64,000 nucleotides of DNA from Heptranchias perlo (lineage: Eukaryota). The DNA is taken from assembly GCF_035084215.1 (NCBI RefSeq), contig NC_090340.1:3658001-3722000 (forward strand), in the 5' to 3' direction. How positions within the stretch are numbered: the stretch's first letter is position 1; each line of letters opens with the position of its first letter. Under the pieces are notes generated by a model. It searched no databases. It was not told the origin of the DNA and saw only the letters and a program-made list of their open reading frames with translations. The position numbers and the translations under genes were made by a program. This document shows positions 36,801 through 50,184 of the stretch, piece after piece.

Positions 36801-39800
36801 TTTTGCCGATGCTGCTGTTGGGCCAATGTGGCTCTTACTCGCCCGGCACTCTCATGCTCAACGACAATGGTGCATCAGTAGCCGGACAGCAGCGTTTCAA
36901 TAAGTATTCGGCTTTCTGCACTTTTGCAAGCTAGTTTCAAAATGATCTAATTTCACATTTTATGCACTCAGGACTCAAGGCCTTGAAAACAGAGAGTGAA
37001 TTGCGCCTGCTCGCGCTTTGCAATTATCTTCGCCTTCTACCTCGCTTCTTTTCAGGATTATGATTAGTATTAGCTCCCTGGGGTGCATTTTCAACGTGCT
37101 GCCGGGTCGTAAAAATGGCGTTGTGCATCAGCGGATATATTGAAGCCTCAGGTGGTTTCTCTATCGGGCGGCCGACCAGGAACGCCAATTTTACACCCGG
37201 GCCGCTAGTTAAAAACCTACCCATTTATTTATATTGTATGTCACTCCACCTACATCTTAGTGAAGTTATTTTCTTACCTGCGCACGGCAAGTGAAAGGAG
37301 CTTTAAAATGATCCCAACTGAACTTTCGATGCGATCAGTCTTGTTTTTTTTTACCTTTCTTGTTTGTTAGACATTTCACCATTGCATATTTCTTTGAATA
37401 GGAAGTTTGTTCCATTTTTTTTCATTTAAACCTTGCCGCTTGATTCCACCAAACCAACAAACCTGCGACCGCGAGCCGCTACGCCTCACCGCAGCACGAA
37501 GCACAGCAGCAAATGCAAAATGTCATGCTTTTCCGCCAAGAGGACATGCAAGTGCCACTTTAAGAAGCTTTTAAGTCTATTTCTCCTACTGCATAGAAAA
37601 GCACGCTTTCCGTTTGTGACTCTGAACACACTGAGAGCGGACCAGCTGCATTTTAATGATGGGAGAGCGGAAAACCGATGGAAGTGAGCTTTGTGGCCGA
37701 ACAGCGCAAAATGTTACGGCCAAAATATGTAACATCGCTACGTTACTGGGGGCAAAATTTCCGGACCGAGCTTCTATCCTTTACCCTCTTGTTCAAAAGC
37801 TACCTATATCTGTGACACACTGTTGAACTCTGCCGCGTTAACGATTTAATTTTCTCCAGAACTGGGTAACTCCATTTTCCCTATGGATAAACATGCCCTC
37901 TGGCGATCATCCCTTACCGTGAGTGTCCCCGGGGCCCTGAATTCTTTGAGCAGTGATCCAACCTGTCCTTCCCCACCGCCGTCCTCTGCCTCGATGGACT
38001 TAATCATCCCTTGAACAACTTCTCTTTCAACTCCACTCAATTCTTCCCTATCAAGGGGTTAAGATGTGAATATACCTGGATCCCAGTTATGCCTGTATTT
38101 TTTTCAGGCTATGTGGAAATCATTGTTTCAGTCCTACTCTGCTTACATATTTCATCTCTGATTATTTTCATCCCTCCTCTGCATTCACTTATGGTAAAGG
38201 ACTTTGCACAGATCGTCGCTTACAAACCTATTGACTCTAAATACTGCATGAATTGTGTCTTTCCAAGCCTGCTTCATGTGAAGGCTCCATCGCCTTCTCC
38301 CACTTTATCTTTGTCAGATCTTCTCTAATCACACAACTTGCCATGCCAGAACAACCAATTCTTCCACACTACGACGATGAACAGGATCCTTTACTGTTTC
38401 TGTCCTATCTCCCAGACTTCAATGGAAATAAAAATCGGGGGATGGAAAACGGGCTGCTTATTGTCCAATACCTGTTTCAGACCATTGCACAAAGTCAAAG
38501 TTACCGCCAGTGTCTTTCAAACTGCAGCCATGCGGTTCGAAAGTTCATTTTAGTAACTTCAAAGGCATGATATGCTGTATTTTCTCTAAGGCAGGGGATG
38601 CTTGAGATGTGCTCTGTCCGTGTCCAAACGTATGGAAGGTGGATTGATGTTTGGGAACTCGTTGTCAGAATATAGCGTAGATTGCTTTCTGAGTCTGTGA
38701 TGTTGATTTGTGACTTCATATTATCAGGAAAGGAGCCATTCCAATTTAGCTTTTTAATTAAAATATGTTGCATTTCCACTCTGTTTGTGTTCGTTGGTTT
38801 CAATTCAATGTTACAGGAATAAATCCAGAACTATTGCAACATAGGATGATTCGACACTGCAGTTACTGGTCTGTAACAACAGCGGCAGTTCGAGTTCCAG
38901 ACAGGCAACGTCATCTTTAGATTGCTGGAACTGTAAGGGATAAGATTCCCGCGAGCTTTTCGTGCTTGCCGGCATAATGCCGGTGCAAAAATCATGAAAC
39001 GGTGAAATTTAGATTATTTCATACTTTTGTTTAATGCAAAATACACTCCAATGTATTGGTTCACTTTGCGGTTAACTTTTTTTTCCTTTGTTCGTCAATG
39101 AAGTTTAAAATGTTTTTCAAATTCTTCTCTCAATCCGCCAGATCCATATTCACTCTCTGATATCTTTTAAAGTCTTTCTGCTGCCTCACTCATGTTTCAT
39201 ACCGTCTAGCAGTTTTAGTTAAGCACTTTATAGTAACATTAGTCCCTCGTTGCAACTGGATTGCATGTAGATTCTATCCATCTTCCCTTCTCCCTCTCCT
39301 TTTCAAACCAAGTCGGTTCACCTTTTAATCTTCAGTTTTGATGAACGAATACTCACCGATACACCGTGACCTCTACTTTCTCTCCACAGATGTTGTCTGT
39401 CCTGTTGTGTATTGATTTTCTTCTTATTTCAGATTTAGAGCTTTAGCCCTTTTTGATTAGATTTTAATTTGCGTCTGTATGGTAAGTGATTCGACTGGAC
39501 CAGTCGCTGGGCAAGGTCTACCCGACTCCCGAATCAAATTCAAATAACATGAGCTTTATTATAGAAAGTCAGAGCAAGTCTGAAAGGTTTATTATTTATT
39601 CACGGCTTTCCCATAGATAAGTTCTACCTTTCTCACAAAACATTCTCAATCAGGCTGCCTTCAGCTGGATATGGATCTGGCGGATTGAGAGCAGAATTTG
39701 AAAAACATTTTAAATTTCATTGACGAACAAAGGAAAAAAAAGTTAACTGCAAAGGGAATCAGTACATTGGAATGTATTTTGCATTAAACAAAAGTATGAA

Positions 39801-42800
39801 ATAATCTAAATTTCACCGTTTTATGGTTTTTGCACCGGCATTATGCCGGCAAGCACGAAAAGCTCGCGGGAATCTTACCCATTACAGTTCCAGCAATCTA
39901 AAGATGACGTTGCCTGTCTGGAACTCGAACTGTCGCTGTTGTTACAGACCAGTAACTGCAGTGTCGAATCATCCTATGTTGCAATAGTTCTGGATTTATT
40001 CCTGTAACATTGAATTGAAATAAATAAATACCTGCAGGTTATCATTATTCCGGCATCTTACCAGGGTTCCAAATAGTTTCCAAATAAACAGCTAATCTCG
40101 GAGTCTGGAAGGCGGTGTGAGATACCAAACAAGTAAAATAGGTCCATCTCTGGAGTGGCTGTGTCTCTTGCAGAATACTGGAAGCTTCATACAGTTCCGC
40201 TGAGTTCAGCTGCTTCGTGGTTTTTGCCATGGTTACAATGTTCCTTTTATTGTTATACCAGCTGAGAGTGAGAGTCTCCTGGTTAAAGCCAAGCGCTTCG
40301 CATACGATGATCAGATAAATATTTGAATTTCCGCCGGGCGTTTTGGAGACAATCGTCGCTGGAGCTGGCGGAGCTATAGAGGGGTACAGGTAAAGCAAAA
40401 CAAAACACGTCGTTTTAAATTTAGAAGATTATTTACTTTAGTATTGCATTTCCCCAAATTCAAATCAATTAAGATGATTCATAATCAGCATGTGTTTGTT
40501 GCATTTCATTGAAATGAAAATAATACTATTGTACATATTTGCCGGACATCTGCTACTATTATAAATGCTCAAGAATCAGCTGTATTTATAATGCGTTTTC
40601 TCACGTCTCTCACAAGCATAACAATAATCTCACATACAGGGAATTACCTTCAATTGCAGTATTTAATGGTTGTAATGTTGACACAACGGGGCCATGCTTC
40701 GACCAGTAAATCCCACAAATAGCAACGAACAGCTCATCCTTTTCTATTGTTACGGATTGACTGGGGAATTCTGGATAAAATAACAGGAAATTGCTTGCAT
40801 TCATTCCAATAATGCAGTGGGATTTTTGGATTCCGCAAAGAAAAGCTCACATACTTGTTGGGATACCTGTCCCCAAATACAGCAGTATTCCCTCACTTCT
40901 AAACTCAAGCGTCAGACTAGATTGATCCTTAAATCCTGCAATATAGCTGGAATTCAAAGCCTGGGAATGCACAGCAGGGCTCCGATCTCCCCGCCCCCCC
41001 CCCCCCCCCCGCGAAACGGCAATAGATCCGCTCGAACCTGGAAAACGGCATATACGCTGTTCATTCAACATTTACGCCGATATTCTGCCGAATTTAGAGC
41101 AGATCATGATCCCAGGAGAAAGTCAATCCTCACTGCAGCTCCCCCTCCCCGAAAAAAAACTACTTTCTGATTTAGAGCAAAAGTGCAATTAACTTTGCTA
41201 AAATAAGACCCTGAGCTGGATATGTGATTTCCCCACCAACTTTCCACCAGATATTCTGAATTAGATGCGGACTAACAGTATGATTAACGCTCTAAATAAA
41301 ACAAAATAAATATCCCGCTCCATCTCACTTTGCGTTGCAATCAGCGCTATGTTTGCAAAAAAATTCAATTTTGAACCTAAGCCGGGGTCCAGTTACCAAT
41401 TAGGGCAGTTTTGAGGAAAAGTATATAAGGACATAATCATAATGTTTATTTTTAAAAGTCAGATTATTAACACAAATAGGCGTCTGTTACTTTCACTGAC
41501 TTCAATTGCGGAACGAAACTTAAAAACAACGGTGATTACAATCCAAAAACAGATGATTTATGTGGTTGCATCCTTAGAGTCTGAAACTGCTTTATAAATT
41601 AAATTCCAATTTGATTTATGAACATTTTTAATATAGCTGTTGCTGGAACGTTATTTTACATGGACTCCCAGATATATTGATGGGAACTGTTCCCACATCA
41701 TTGGTTGGTATTAATTTTAGAATTGTTTTATGTCTTTGTACTCGACAATACATTTTGAAACGATCAAACTTTCAGCCTTTGGATTTGTGAGAATGTACCC
41801 AATGTGATCTATTTTTACAATCACAACATTACATGCATTCCCTACGGATACAGGTCATTCCACTCAAGTTGGTAATAAAGCATCGACAATTTATTTCATA
41901 ATTTCTGTAATATTACCTGAGCTTGAGTAACAATATATATTGTTTCAAAATAAACATGAGGTACAATTCGCGCTGATTTTAACTTGCAATTTGTGCGTTG
42001 AAGGTATTTAACGTAGATTTTCATTGTGAATATTCAGACGTAATATCACGAATCCATGATAATAGATACAAGAAAGGTACAGGTGCCATTTTTAGGTATT
42101 GAAATTATTTGTCACACAATTCGTACCAATTTACGGAAAACGATGTACACAAAAACACCGATTGGACCATCCAGTCTGTTTCACACAGTTGTAATGCCTT
42201 GTGCATCACAATATATACACGCCACCCTACCCGGTGTCGCGTTATTTCCTGGGAGAGGCAAAGAAACAGATAAAAAACAAAGATAATTCGGGAAAATATC
42301 TCGCATATTCCTCTCCGACGATTGAAATAAGTCCAGGACATTACTCCGGGCCTGATTCCAACGACCCCATCCCCTGCAATATCACTTACTGTGGACAACA
42401 AGATTTGATCCAGTTCCGTTTCTGATCGTATTTCTCTGGTGTTTGTCTCCGCAGTAATAAATCCCAGCAAGCTGGAGACGGACATCAAGGAGCTGGAGAG
42501 AACCCTGCCCTATCCTAATTAAAAATAGTTTCTTCCTGTCTGAGTTTGTTTGCAGAAATACGGTTTCGCCGAATCTCCACCAGTAAACATTCACTTGTGA
42601 ATTAGCTGGAAAAGGAGTGAACGCACAAGCGAAGGTAATGTTTGCACCGGCCATAACAATCTTGCTTTGGGGACTTTGTGACAATTGAAACACGGCATTG
42701 CCATCAACTGTGTAAGAAAAAAAAAACACATGTAAACTGCAACTAACCAAGTCAAACCTGATGGAAAATGGTTGATAGATAGAGATAGACAGTCGGGTAG

Positions 42801-42902
42801 CAACAGACCCCAAGATAGATATAAAAAGAGGAGATTACGGAAATAACCTGTGAAGATCATCTCCAGAATTACAATGTACTGAAGCACAGCGCGAACAAAC
42901 AT
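33810..42902 (-). CDS. Gene B (whole span): non-rearranging VJ-C1 IgSF receptor, activating type, 5 exons, 274 aa
   Basis: join(complement 42902-42848, 42707-42390, 40373-40062, 35218-35104, 33834-33810) = 825 nt, open frame, all GT-AG, intron phases 1,1,1,2. Confidence 0.8.
35104..35218 (-). CDS. Gene B exon 4: transmembrane exon containing Arg
   Basis: acatcttgcag|GTDNFFRIVLISRYISAIYLIQMLAIIIVDYRKTICFK|gtaaga; 115 nt versus 114 nt for the gene A TM exon; shared G-x-D-N start and C-(F)-K end. Confidence 0.8.
37880..38330 (+). mobile_element. Degenerate Penelope-like RT fragment
   Basis: LNNFSFNSTQFFPIKG...GYVE resembles the Penelope RT motif region. Confidence 0.55.
38798..40020. repeat. 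Inverted duplication: 352-bp arms (38798-39149 and 39669-40020), ~520-bp spacer
   Basis: Arms are reverse complements with about 12 mismatches by hand count (~96% identity). Confidence 0.95.
40062..40373 (-). CDS. Gene B exon 3: C1-set Ig domain
   Basis: cccctctatag|TPPAPATIVSK..LIIVCEALGFNQETLTLSWYNN..LYEASSILQ..FTCLVSHTAFQTP..NP|gtaaga; C-x-V-x-H motif. Confidence 0.9.
42390..42707 (-). CDS. Gene B exon 2: V domain with J-like G strand in the same exon
   Basis: ttcttacacag|VDGNAVFQLSQSP..GANITFAC..VYWWR..SLQLLDV..AGIYYC..NGTGSNLVVH|gtaagt. Confidence 0.92.
42848..42902 (-). CDS. Gene B exon 1: signal peptide MFVRAVLQYIVILEMIFT
   Basis: ATG at 42902; hydrophobic; ends ACAG|gttatt in phase 1; resembles the gene A leader end (ILVLEITYT). 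Confidence 0.75.
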
Positions 42903-42911
42903 ATTGAAGAA

Positions 42912-43018
42912 AGGAAGTTATCGTTTGCTGCCAATAAACGGGAAACTTTTTTTTTAAATAGCGAAACCATCTCGTCTAATCCCCTATAAACTATGAAGCA
43001 ATCACATGTGACACCACA
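42912..43018. promoter_or_regulatory. Candidate proximal regulatory motifs of gene B (ETS, E-box, RUNX)
   Basis: aggaagt 42912-42918, cacatgtg 43003-43010 and accaca 43013-43018, all within 120 bp of the ATG; short motifs only. Confidence 0.3.
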
Positions 43019-44167
43019 CGTTTACAGCAGACGTGCAATGAAATAAATGAAGAGGGGCAATGTGTGGGTGTAGCTATGGTTTGAAACATCACGGAAAACA
43101 GACCTTAGACGACACAAAACAAAGACCACGCTTGTTAGCGCTGTATCCGGTACGTCGGTTGAAATAATGTTCAGCCGCAACAACAGACTGATAATATGAG
43201 CTTCTGAGTCACACTGGTGTTCAAAGTAATTGTTTTGGAACAATGAAAGTGCTGATAAGCTGACACATAATACAAAAGTAGTTTGTACTTGCTGCTTTAG
43301 CCGTCATCTCGTTCTCACCTGAGATGACCAGTCTGTGCAATTTAATGGTACATGCAGTTTTATCTTGTTCAGCTGATCAAACAGACGGTTTTATGTTGCT
43401 CATTCCCACCTAACGCGCTTTCAGTTGTTTGTATTGAGGACGTTTTTAATTAATGTCAGCTCTTTCGTTACCTGCGTAACATCATGTACAGCGCAATGTG
43501 CCCCAGAAAACACAGACAGGATGCGCTAGGTTTCGGACCGGAGATGTGTATTCATATTAATCTGCCAAAAAAAAGCTCATCCCTTCCCTACTTTACTAAC
43601 AATGATTGTGCTAATGGAAAATTTAATTCAAACCGTTAACGGGTTTCACAAAGAAACTACTGTTTTTGAATGGAAAATAATGAACATTATATTCAGCACA
43701 GCACTTACATTACGTAGAATTCTGCTGGAAGCCGGTGTTTTCTCATTTTCAATTGAAAGTTATCAGCACTCTGGCATTAAAAATACAAAGTTATCTTTGA
43801 CGGATATGCAGCAGTCATTGAGTTAGAACTTGCCTTTGAGCGATAGTGCAAAACGGGTGGAAGCGAGTCGGCAGCCTGTTTTACATCCCTCCCGATTTTT
43901 ATTTCCATTCCTCTGTCCTCTAATTAAGCAAAATCAAGATTGGCATCTCGAGAGACCGCGTAGTGCCGAACCAACGGGCGCTACACGGCACAATTTAACA
44001 CCCGAAGCCTGCATATCTCATTCACCTGACTCCAATGGAAGTAAACATCACACTATTGCATAGTCAAGATGCAGGCCCATATGTCTAGATCCTGCTGCTA
44101 ATATCCGTTTTGCTCTACTTTATTCCTGCACGGCTGCATTCAAGTATCGGTGGTGTTCATATTGTCA

Positions 44168-45115
44168 GAATAGGTAAAGCACAGGAGAAGGCTATCGTGC
44201 CTGTGCCGGGTCTTTGAAAGAGCTATCCAATTCGTCCAATTCCCCTGATCTTTCAACATTGCACTGTACATGTTGTCCCCCAGTATTTATTCAATTCCCT
44301 TTTGGAAGTTACTGTTAAAACTGCTTCCAACACCATTTAAGGCACTGCACTCCAAATCACTACAACTCACTGCATAAAAACAATATTTCCTCATGTGGCC
44401 TCGGGCTCATTTTCCAATCACCTTAATACTATGTCCTCTGGTTAGCGACCCTTCTGCCACTGGAACAGTTTCTCCTTATTTACTCTGTCAAAACCGTTCA
44501 AAATTTTGAACAGCTCTATCACATCTCCCTTTAACGTTCTTTGTTTTAAGACAAACAACCCCAGCTTCTCTAGTCTCTCTACAAAACTGAAGTCCCTCAT
44601 CCCTGGTACCATCCTGGTAAATCTCTTCTCCACTCTCTCTCAGGCCTTGTCATCCTTCCTAAAGTGTGGTGCCCAGAATTGAACATAATACTACAAATGA
44701 GGCCCAGCCACTGTTTTATATAGGTTTAGCATAACTTCGTTGCACCTGTACTCCGTGTCTCCTTTAATAAAGCGCACGAACCCATATATATATTTTTAAC
44801 AACCTTGTCAACCTGCCCTGCCACCTTCAAAGATTTGTATCTCTGCACCGCCAGGTCTCTCTGTTCCTGCACCCTGGTTAAAATTGTACCATTTAGTTGA
44901 TAGTGTGTCTCCTCATTCTTCCTACCAAAATGAATAACTTTACAATTCTCTGTGTTAAATTTGATCTGCCATGTGTCTGCCCATTTCACCAGCCCGTCTA
45001 TGTCCTCCTGAAATCTATTACTATCTTTCCCATTGTTTACTGCATTTCCGAGGTTTGTGTCATCTGCAAACTTTGAAATTATACGCTCTATACTCAAGTC
45101 CAGATCGCTAATGTA
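44168..45115 (-). mobile_element. CR1 LINE 3' fragment
   Basis: ORF 44726-45118 YISDLD..SKFADDTNLG; ORF 44442-44633 RFTRMVPGMR. Confidence 0.88.
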
Positions 45116-46802
45116 CACATATTATCTGCGGATCCAATCGATGTGATTGATGGCTCAGAAAACCGTGAATTGGACATAAGTTTACGGTCGAGGAAAAATT
45201 TTACTGACCGATATAGCATTGGCATAAAACGCTATCAGGCATGAAATATGCAGCATCTGTTAAACACACGAAGACCGTCGTTTCATTCTGTTATGGAGGC
45301 CAAGCAAATAAACCAGGTTAATGCTGAGTTACAGCGGATATCTGATGGACTTTTAGCAGAAAATCTGCTAAAATGCAACAGGGACTCAAGGGAGCCTCGT
45401 AAGATGATTAGTCAGCCGCCTTTAAGTTATTCTTATTTTCTTACGTCGGTTCATTTTGATAACGGAAATCGTAAGTTTTAGTTTATAGCTGATATTATTA
45501 CCTGTTGGAAAAAAATGCCCATCAATTAATTCAGCTAAAGGTAAGAAGTCACGTGACACGCGGCCCTCTGGCATTCCTTGCTGGAATCTTTGTCCTATAT
45601 TGTTCATAGGAACTATCCCCATTATAGGTACAGGATCACTGGAGGTCACATTCCTCTTGGGCGGTATCCAAGGCGGGCGATAACGCACCCTGAATTCAAT
45701 GGGGTAATTTTAACTTTGGGCGATGGTGTAAAATTAGGGATTCCTATGTTAGCCAGCGGTACCTGGAACTGCTATTTAAGTCGTTGCATTCATCTTTCAC
45801 CTTTACTATGATCACTGGGGTATAATTCTGTCTTGGGCGCGGGACAGTTCAAAACTGGCTGCTGATTAGTAATCGTCCATTCTGCCCTATTATCCTTAAC
45901 TGCTACCGCCAGTTAGTTGGGTAATGACTTGCGGAATTCACTTATTCATAAGGAACTAATTCATCAAGTCCTTATAACTCAGCAAGTTCACTCCACGGTT
46001 CTTTTTTATGCTTCATGGCAGATAAACCTTTACTACTCCTGCCATTCAGGCCTCAAGTAAATATCATGTTCCCTTCAGGTCCAAGGGATGTTTATAGGTG
46101 GTTAAAGAGCACCAGAAAAGTTACTTGCTGTTCCTAGCCCAGATAACTCTTTTTGTTTATCAGCGTGACTTAATACAGACTTTCATCAATTCAAATAAGG
46201 ATTTGGTGCTATTTTTGTGTTATTTACTTATTGGCCCCTTTCAGATGAACACAGTCTATTGATCCTGTTTCATCTCCCCAAAAACCCTGAAAATCCTACA
46301 ATATGCTTAATCACAATCTATCTTTACTCCAGCTCTTGATTGATTTGAAGAGGAGTTAGGTTCTGCTTTAAAGGCCCCATGCCTTCAATGTGCAGTGTTA
46401 TGATAGTTAAGCAACTTTTTTATGACTTCCTTTGCAAAGTCAGTGTAACGGTTGACCAGATCATCGGTAATCCTATTCAGTTTATCACAAACCACAATAA
46501 CCAGATTCAAGAGTGCATGCAATATTCCGCTTGCAATTACGTGAACTTGCCCAATCGCAAATAGTGCAAAGACCAACAATCAGGCCAAGAAAATTGAAAA
46601 ATGCTCTCTTTGTGCAGAACGTAACCAATTGGTGATTGAAATTTTCCCAAAGATAACAATGGAATTGGAAAGCGAAAAGCCAACCTACGTATTCCCAACC
46701 ACAGAATCAATTGTTATGTTAGTCTCAAACTGACACCAGCACCATGTAATTGATCATCCCATGAAGGAATTAGAAAACACCACCATGAGTTAATTTTTTG
46801 CT

Positions 46803-47250
46803 ACATAGAATCATGCAGTATAGAGGCAGGCCATTCGGCCCATCATGCCTGTGGAGGCTCTTCGAAAGACAGGTCCAGTTAGTCCTATTCCCTTGGCTTT
46901 CCACATAGCCCTTCATTTTTTCCCTTTAAAAATATATATCCAGTTCCCTTTTGAAAGTTACAATTCAATCTATTTCCACCACCCTTTCAGGCAGTGTATT
47001 CCATAACAACTCACTCTGTAAAAAAAATCTCCCAATCTGCACCCTGGTTACCGACTCTCCTCCAAGTGGAAACAATTTCTCCTTATTTATTCTACCAAAG
47101 CCCTTCATGATTGTGAACACCTCCATTAAATCACTCCTTAACCTTCTCAACTCTAAGGAGAACAATCCTAGCTTTTCTTGTCCGTCTAGATAAATTAAGT
47201 CCCTCATCCTTGTGTATCATTCTAGTAAATCTCCTCTGCACCCTCTCCAC
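46803..47250 (-). mobile_element. CR1 LINE 3' end
   Basis: KLGLFSLELRRLRSDLMEVF..WNTLPERVVE; tail catagaatcat. Confidence 0.85.
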
Positions 47251-47539
47251 CGTTGATACGCTAAGCTGATTTGTCGAAATCATCTATGAGGAGCAGTGGT
47301 GAATGACGATTTTGTTTCACCATATCATCCGGAAATACACCAGGGTATGCCAGCATTCAGTAAAATTCAATTAATGAGAAGTTACAAGCGTAGACGCCTT
47401 TAGCGAATTCTTTTGTCCAAAAAAGATTAGCAAAGCACAACACAACTGCAACAGCAAGTATGTTCCATTCAACAATTGGAATTGCGACGCAGCGGCTATT
47501 TGCATGTAGACATATAATCAGTTCAAATATTTAATAAAC

Positions 47540-47746
47540 GCAAAATACTGCTGATACTGGAACTCTGAAATAAAAACAGAAAATGCTGGAAACACTCAGC
47601 AGGTCAGGCAGCATCTGTGGAGAGAAAAACAGAGTTAACGTTAACTCTGATGAAAGGTCATCGACCTGATACTTTAACCCGGTGCCTCTCTCTACCGGTG
47701 TAGCCTGACGTGCTTGGTGTTTACAGTATTTTCTGTTTTTATTTCA
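47540..47746. mobile_element. Penelope-derived imperfect hairpin with a decayed hammerhead core
   Basis: tgaaataaaaacagaaaatgctg ... cagtattttctgtttttatttca; central ctgatga-aaggtcatcgacct-gata. Confidence 0.65.
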
Positions 47747-48029
47747 AGGATTTAATATCTTAGAGTAATAAGCCAACGTCGTAAAGCTACAGCAGAGGGC
47801 CACCCTCAAGCTCAACACCAAAGGATGTAGGTTATTGACAGAGCGACGCAGTCTTACTACCAACCTCCAGATAAAAACTCTCTAGCTTTATAGCATTTAT
47901 TTTGCAATTATGTTTGGCAATCAGGCAACCAGCGACCATGCACTTCCCCATCACCATCTATGGTGGCAGGGCCTGTGTGTAATGTTCAGCCAAAAGTGCG
48001 AAGTGGACAATTCAACACAGTCTCCCTCT

Positions 48030-49390
48030 GACGTCTCTACCGTCCATGCAATTCGATTCAATCGAAGTAACAATAAGAAGCAACGGAGTGCATTGGATAC
48101 CGGGAACTCGAAGGCAGGATCATTGCTCTCGTGCTGAAGACCGGCACTCCAAAATTAGCCACCTGTTTCCCTAGGTAAGCTGCTATAGTACAACTATGAC
48201 ACTGGCATCTATCCAAAATTGTGGAACATTGTTCATTGTACTAACCAAAAGATAAACCCTAGCAAAAATCTAATCCAGACAATTACAAGTCCATCAGCCT
48301 CCTTCCAATTATCAACAGTGATGGAACAAGTCATTAATTGTGACATCATGTTACATGTACACACGGATATCGTGCGCGCTCTGCCTCCAATAGGGCCGCC
48401 AGAATCACTGAGCTCCAGACCTCTTGTTAGCCTTATTCCGGGCATACAAGAACTGAACGGCTTCAGAGAAGTGAAATCAGCTGCCCTGAACAGCAAAGCA
48501 CCATTCCAATGCGTATGGCTTCAAGAAGTGACAGCAAACTAAAGGCTTGTATAGTCAAGGCAACATGCTTTAGTAGTTGGGCATTAAAGAAGAGGATCCC
48601 AGTTGTTGTAGATCAATCATCACAGCCCCAAAACATCCTTACAGAAGCATCCTCAGCGTAACAATCTTTAGCTGCTCCACCATCAGATCACGAGTGCGGC
48701 TGAATATTATACAGTGTTCAGCTCAAATGACAACACCTTAGTTAATGAATCACCCCATAGCAGTAGAGCTTTCAAAAGAGGATTGGATATATATTTGAAA
48801 AGGATAGAAATTGCATGACTATGGGAAAAGTACAGGCGACTAAGGTTAAATGCATAGCTCTTCAGAAGAGCCGACATAAGCACGGTGAGCAGAATGATCT
48901 TCTACTGTGCTGCATGATTCTATCATGATTCTCTGATACAATCCATTAAAGGACAACATTCATTCTGAGGTAACATTCTTGCCACAGAAATGCCAAGCAA
49001 TGACCAGCTCAATGTCTAAGGAAAAGCAGATCCACTTCCCTTGAGCTTGAACCTCACCCTCTACATTCTAGGCATTAACAACTTCCTCGAAACTTAACTG
49101 AACCTGTCATATGAACAACTGTGGCTACTAGAGCAGGGCAGAAGCTGGGAGCTTTGCAACGATTGGTTCACCTATCTAACTGTGAGCCGCTTTATGCCAT
49201 CCACAAGGCTCAAGTTTGGAATTTGAAACCATGCACATTATTCAACAGATGGGTACATCTGAAGATGCAAGGATCTCCGCACTACCAAGAGCACTGAATT
49301 CTGCTTGATCCCTGCCTTTGCCACATGAATTAAATAAAAACGTCCTCTCCGCCACTGGTGCACCATGGGTTCAGTAAGTACTATTTACAT
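48030..49390 (+). mobile_element. Old degenerate copy of the AFDRVWH-type LINE
   Basis: Colinear similarity to 24065-25300 (caattcgattca..., KAPFQCVWLQ). Confidence 0.65.
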
Positions 49391-50184
49391 GATGCACTGT
49401 AATAATCAATTCATCTACAATAGACTCAGAAATGACACGGGAAAAAAACCTACTGATGGAGAGCTTAACTAAGCATTGGTCTAAAGTCACCTTGTTCCTC
49501 CCAAGAATGCTACACTTACCAGATGTCATGTCTCAAATTACTCATATGCTGACGTTCTTCGATTAATCGAATTTGTACGAAATAGGGTTGATGTAATTTA
49601 GTGCTAACTGTTATATAGGCAACAGATCACCTTGTCTTATCTATTTCGTGTCTTACCAGTAATACGACGTGGCTTTTATAGGAAAGAACCCAGTACACAA
49701 CGGTGTTGCTATCAGAAAGGGTTGAACTGAATTATTTCGCTAAAGATTTTAAACGATTTATTAATGTCTGATTTAATATAAGTGGCAAAGGAATGTCATA
49801 CATCAGGAAAGGATTTGAAGGCAGAAACAAATTGGGTGAAGTGAATGCCATACACTGTGAAAAGTGATAAGTCAAGGTTGACGGAAAACAAAACATTGAA
49901 ATACCAGAACGTCATTTTAATCATTGGAGAATGCAGCTTTGTTAAACATTAAGCAATTGATTACAAAAGGAAGGAATAAAATTCGAAGTGACTTTTTCAA
50001 GAAATCAACTGTATTAATATTTTAAGTCTTGACCACTTGATTCATTTGATGCATTTGTCTTTTAAAACTTGTTGCTCTTGAAAGTATAATGGCAGAATTT
50101 CAACGGAAATGGTTACAGTTGCAACAGCAAAGGCAAGCGCAAGCAATTTGTACGAATATAATGGTCTCTGAATAGGTGAACAAA

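Noticed and set aside
37270-37300. Strong donor-like CAG|GTAAGA on the minus strand within the gene B C1-TM intron
   Set aside because: No convincing matching acceptor or ORF, and it lies among repeat-like sequence.
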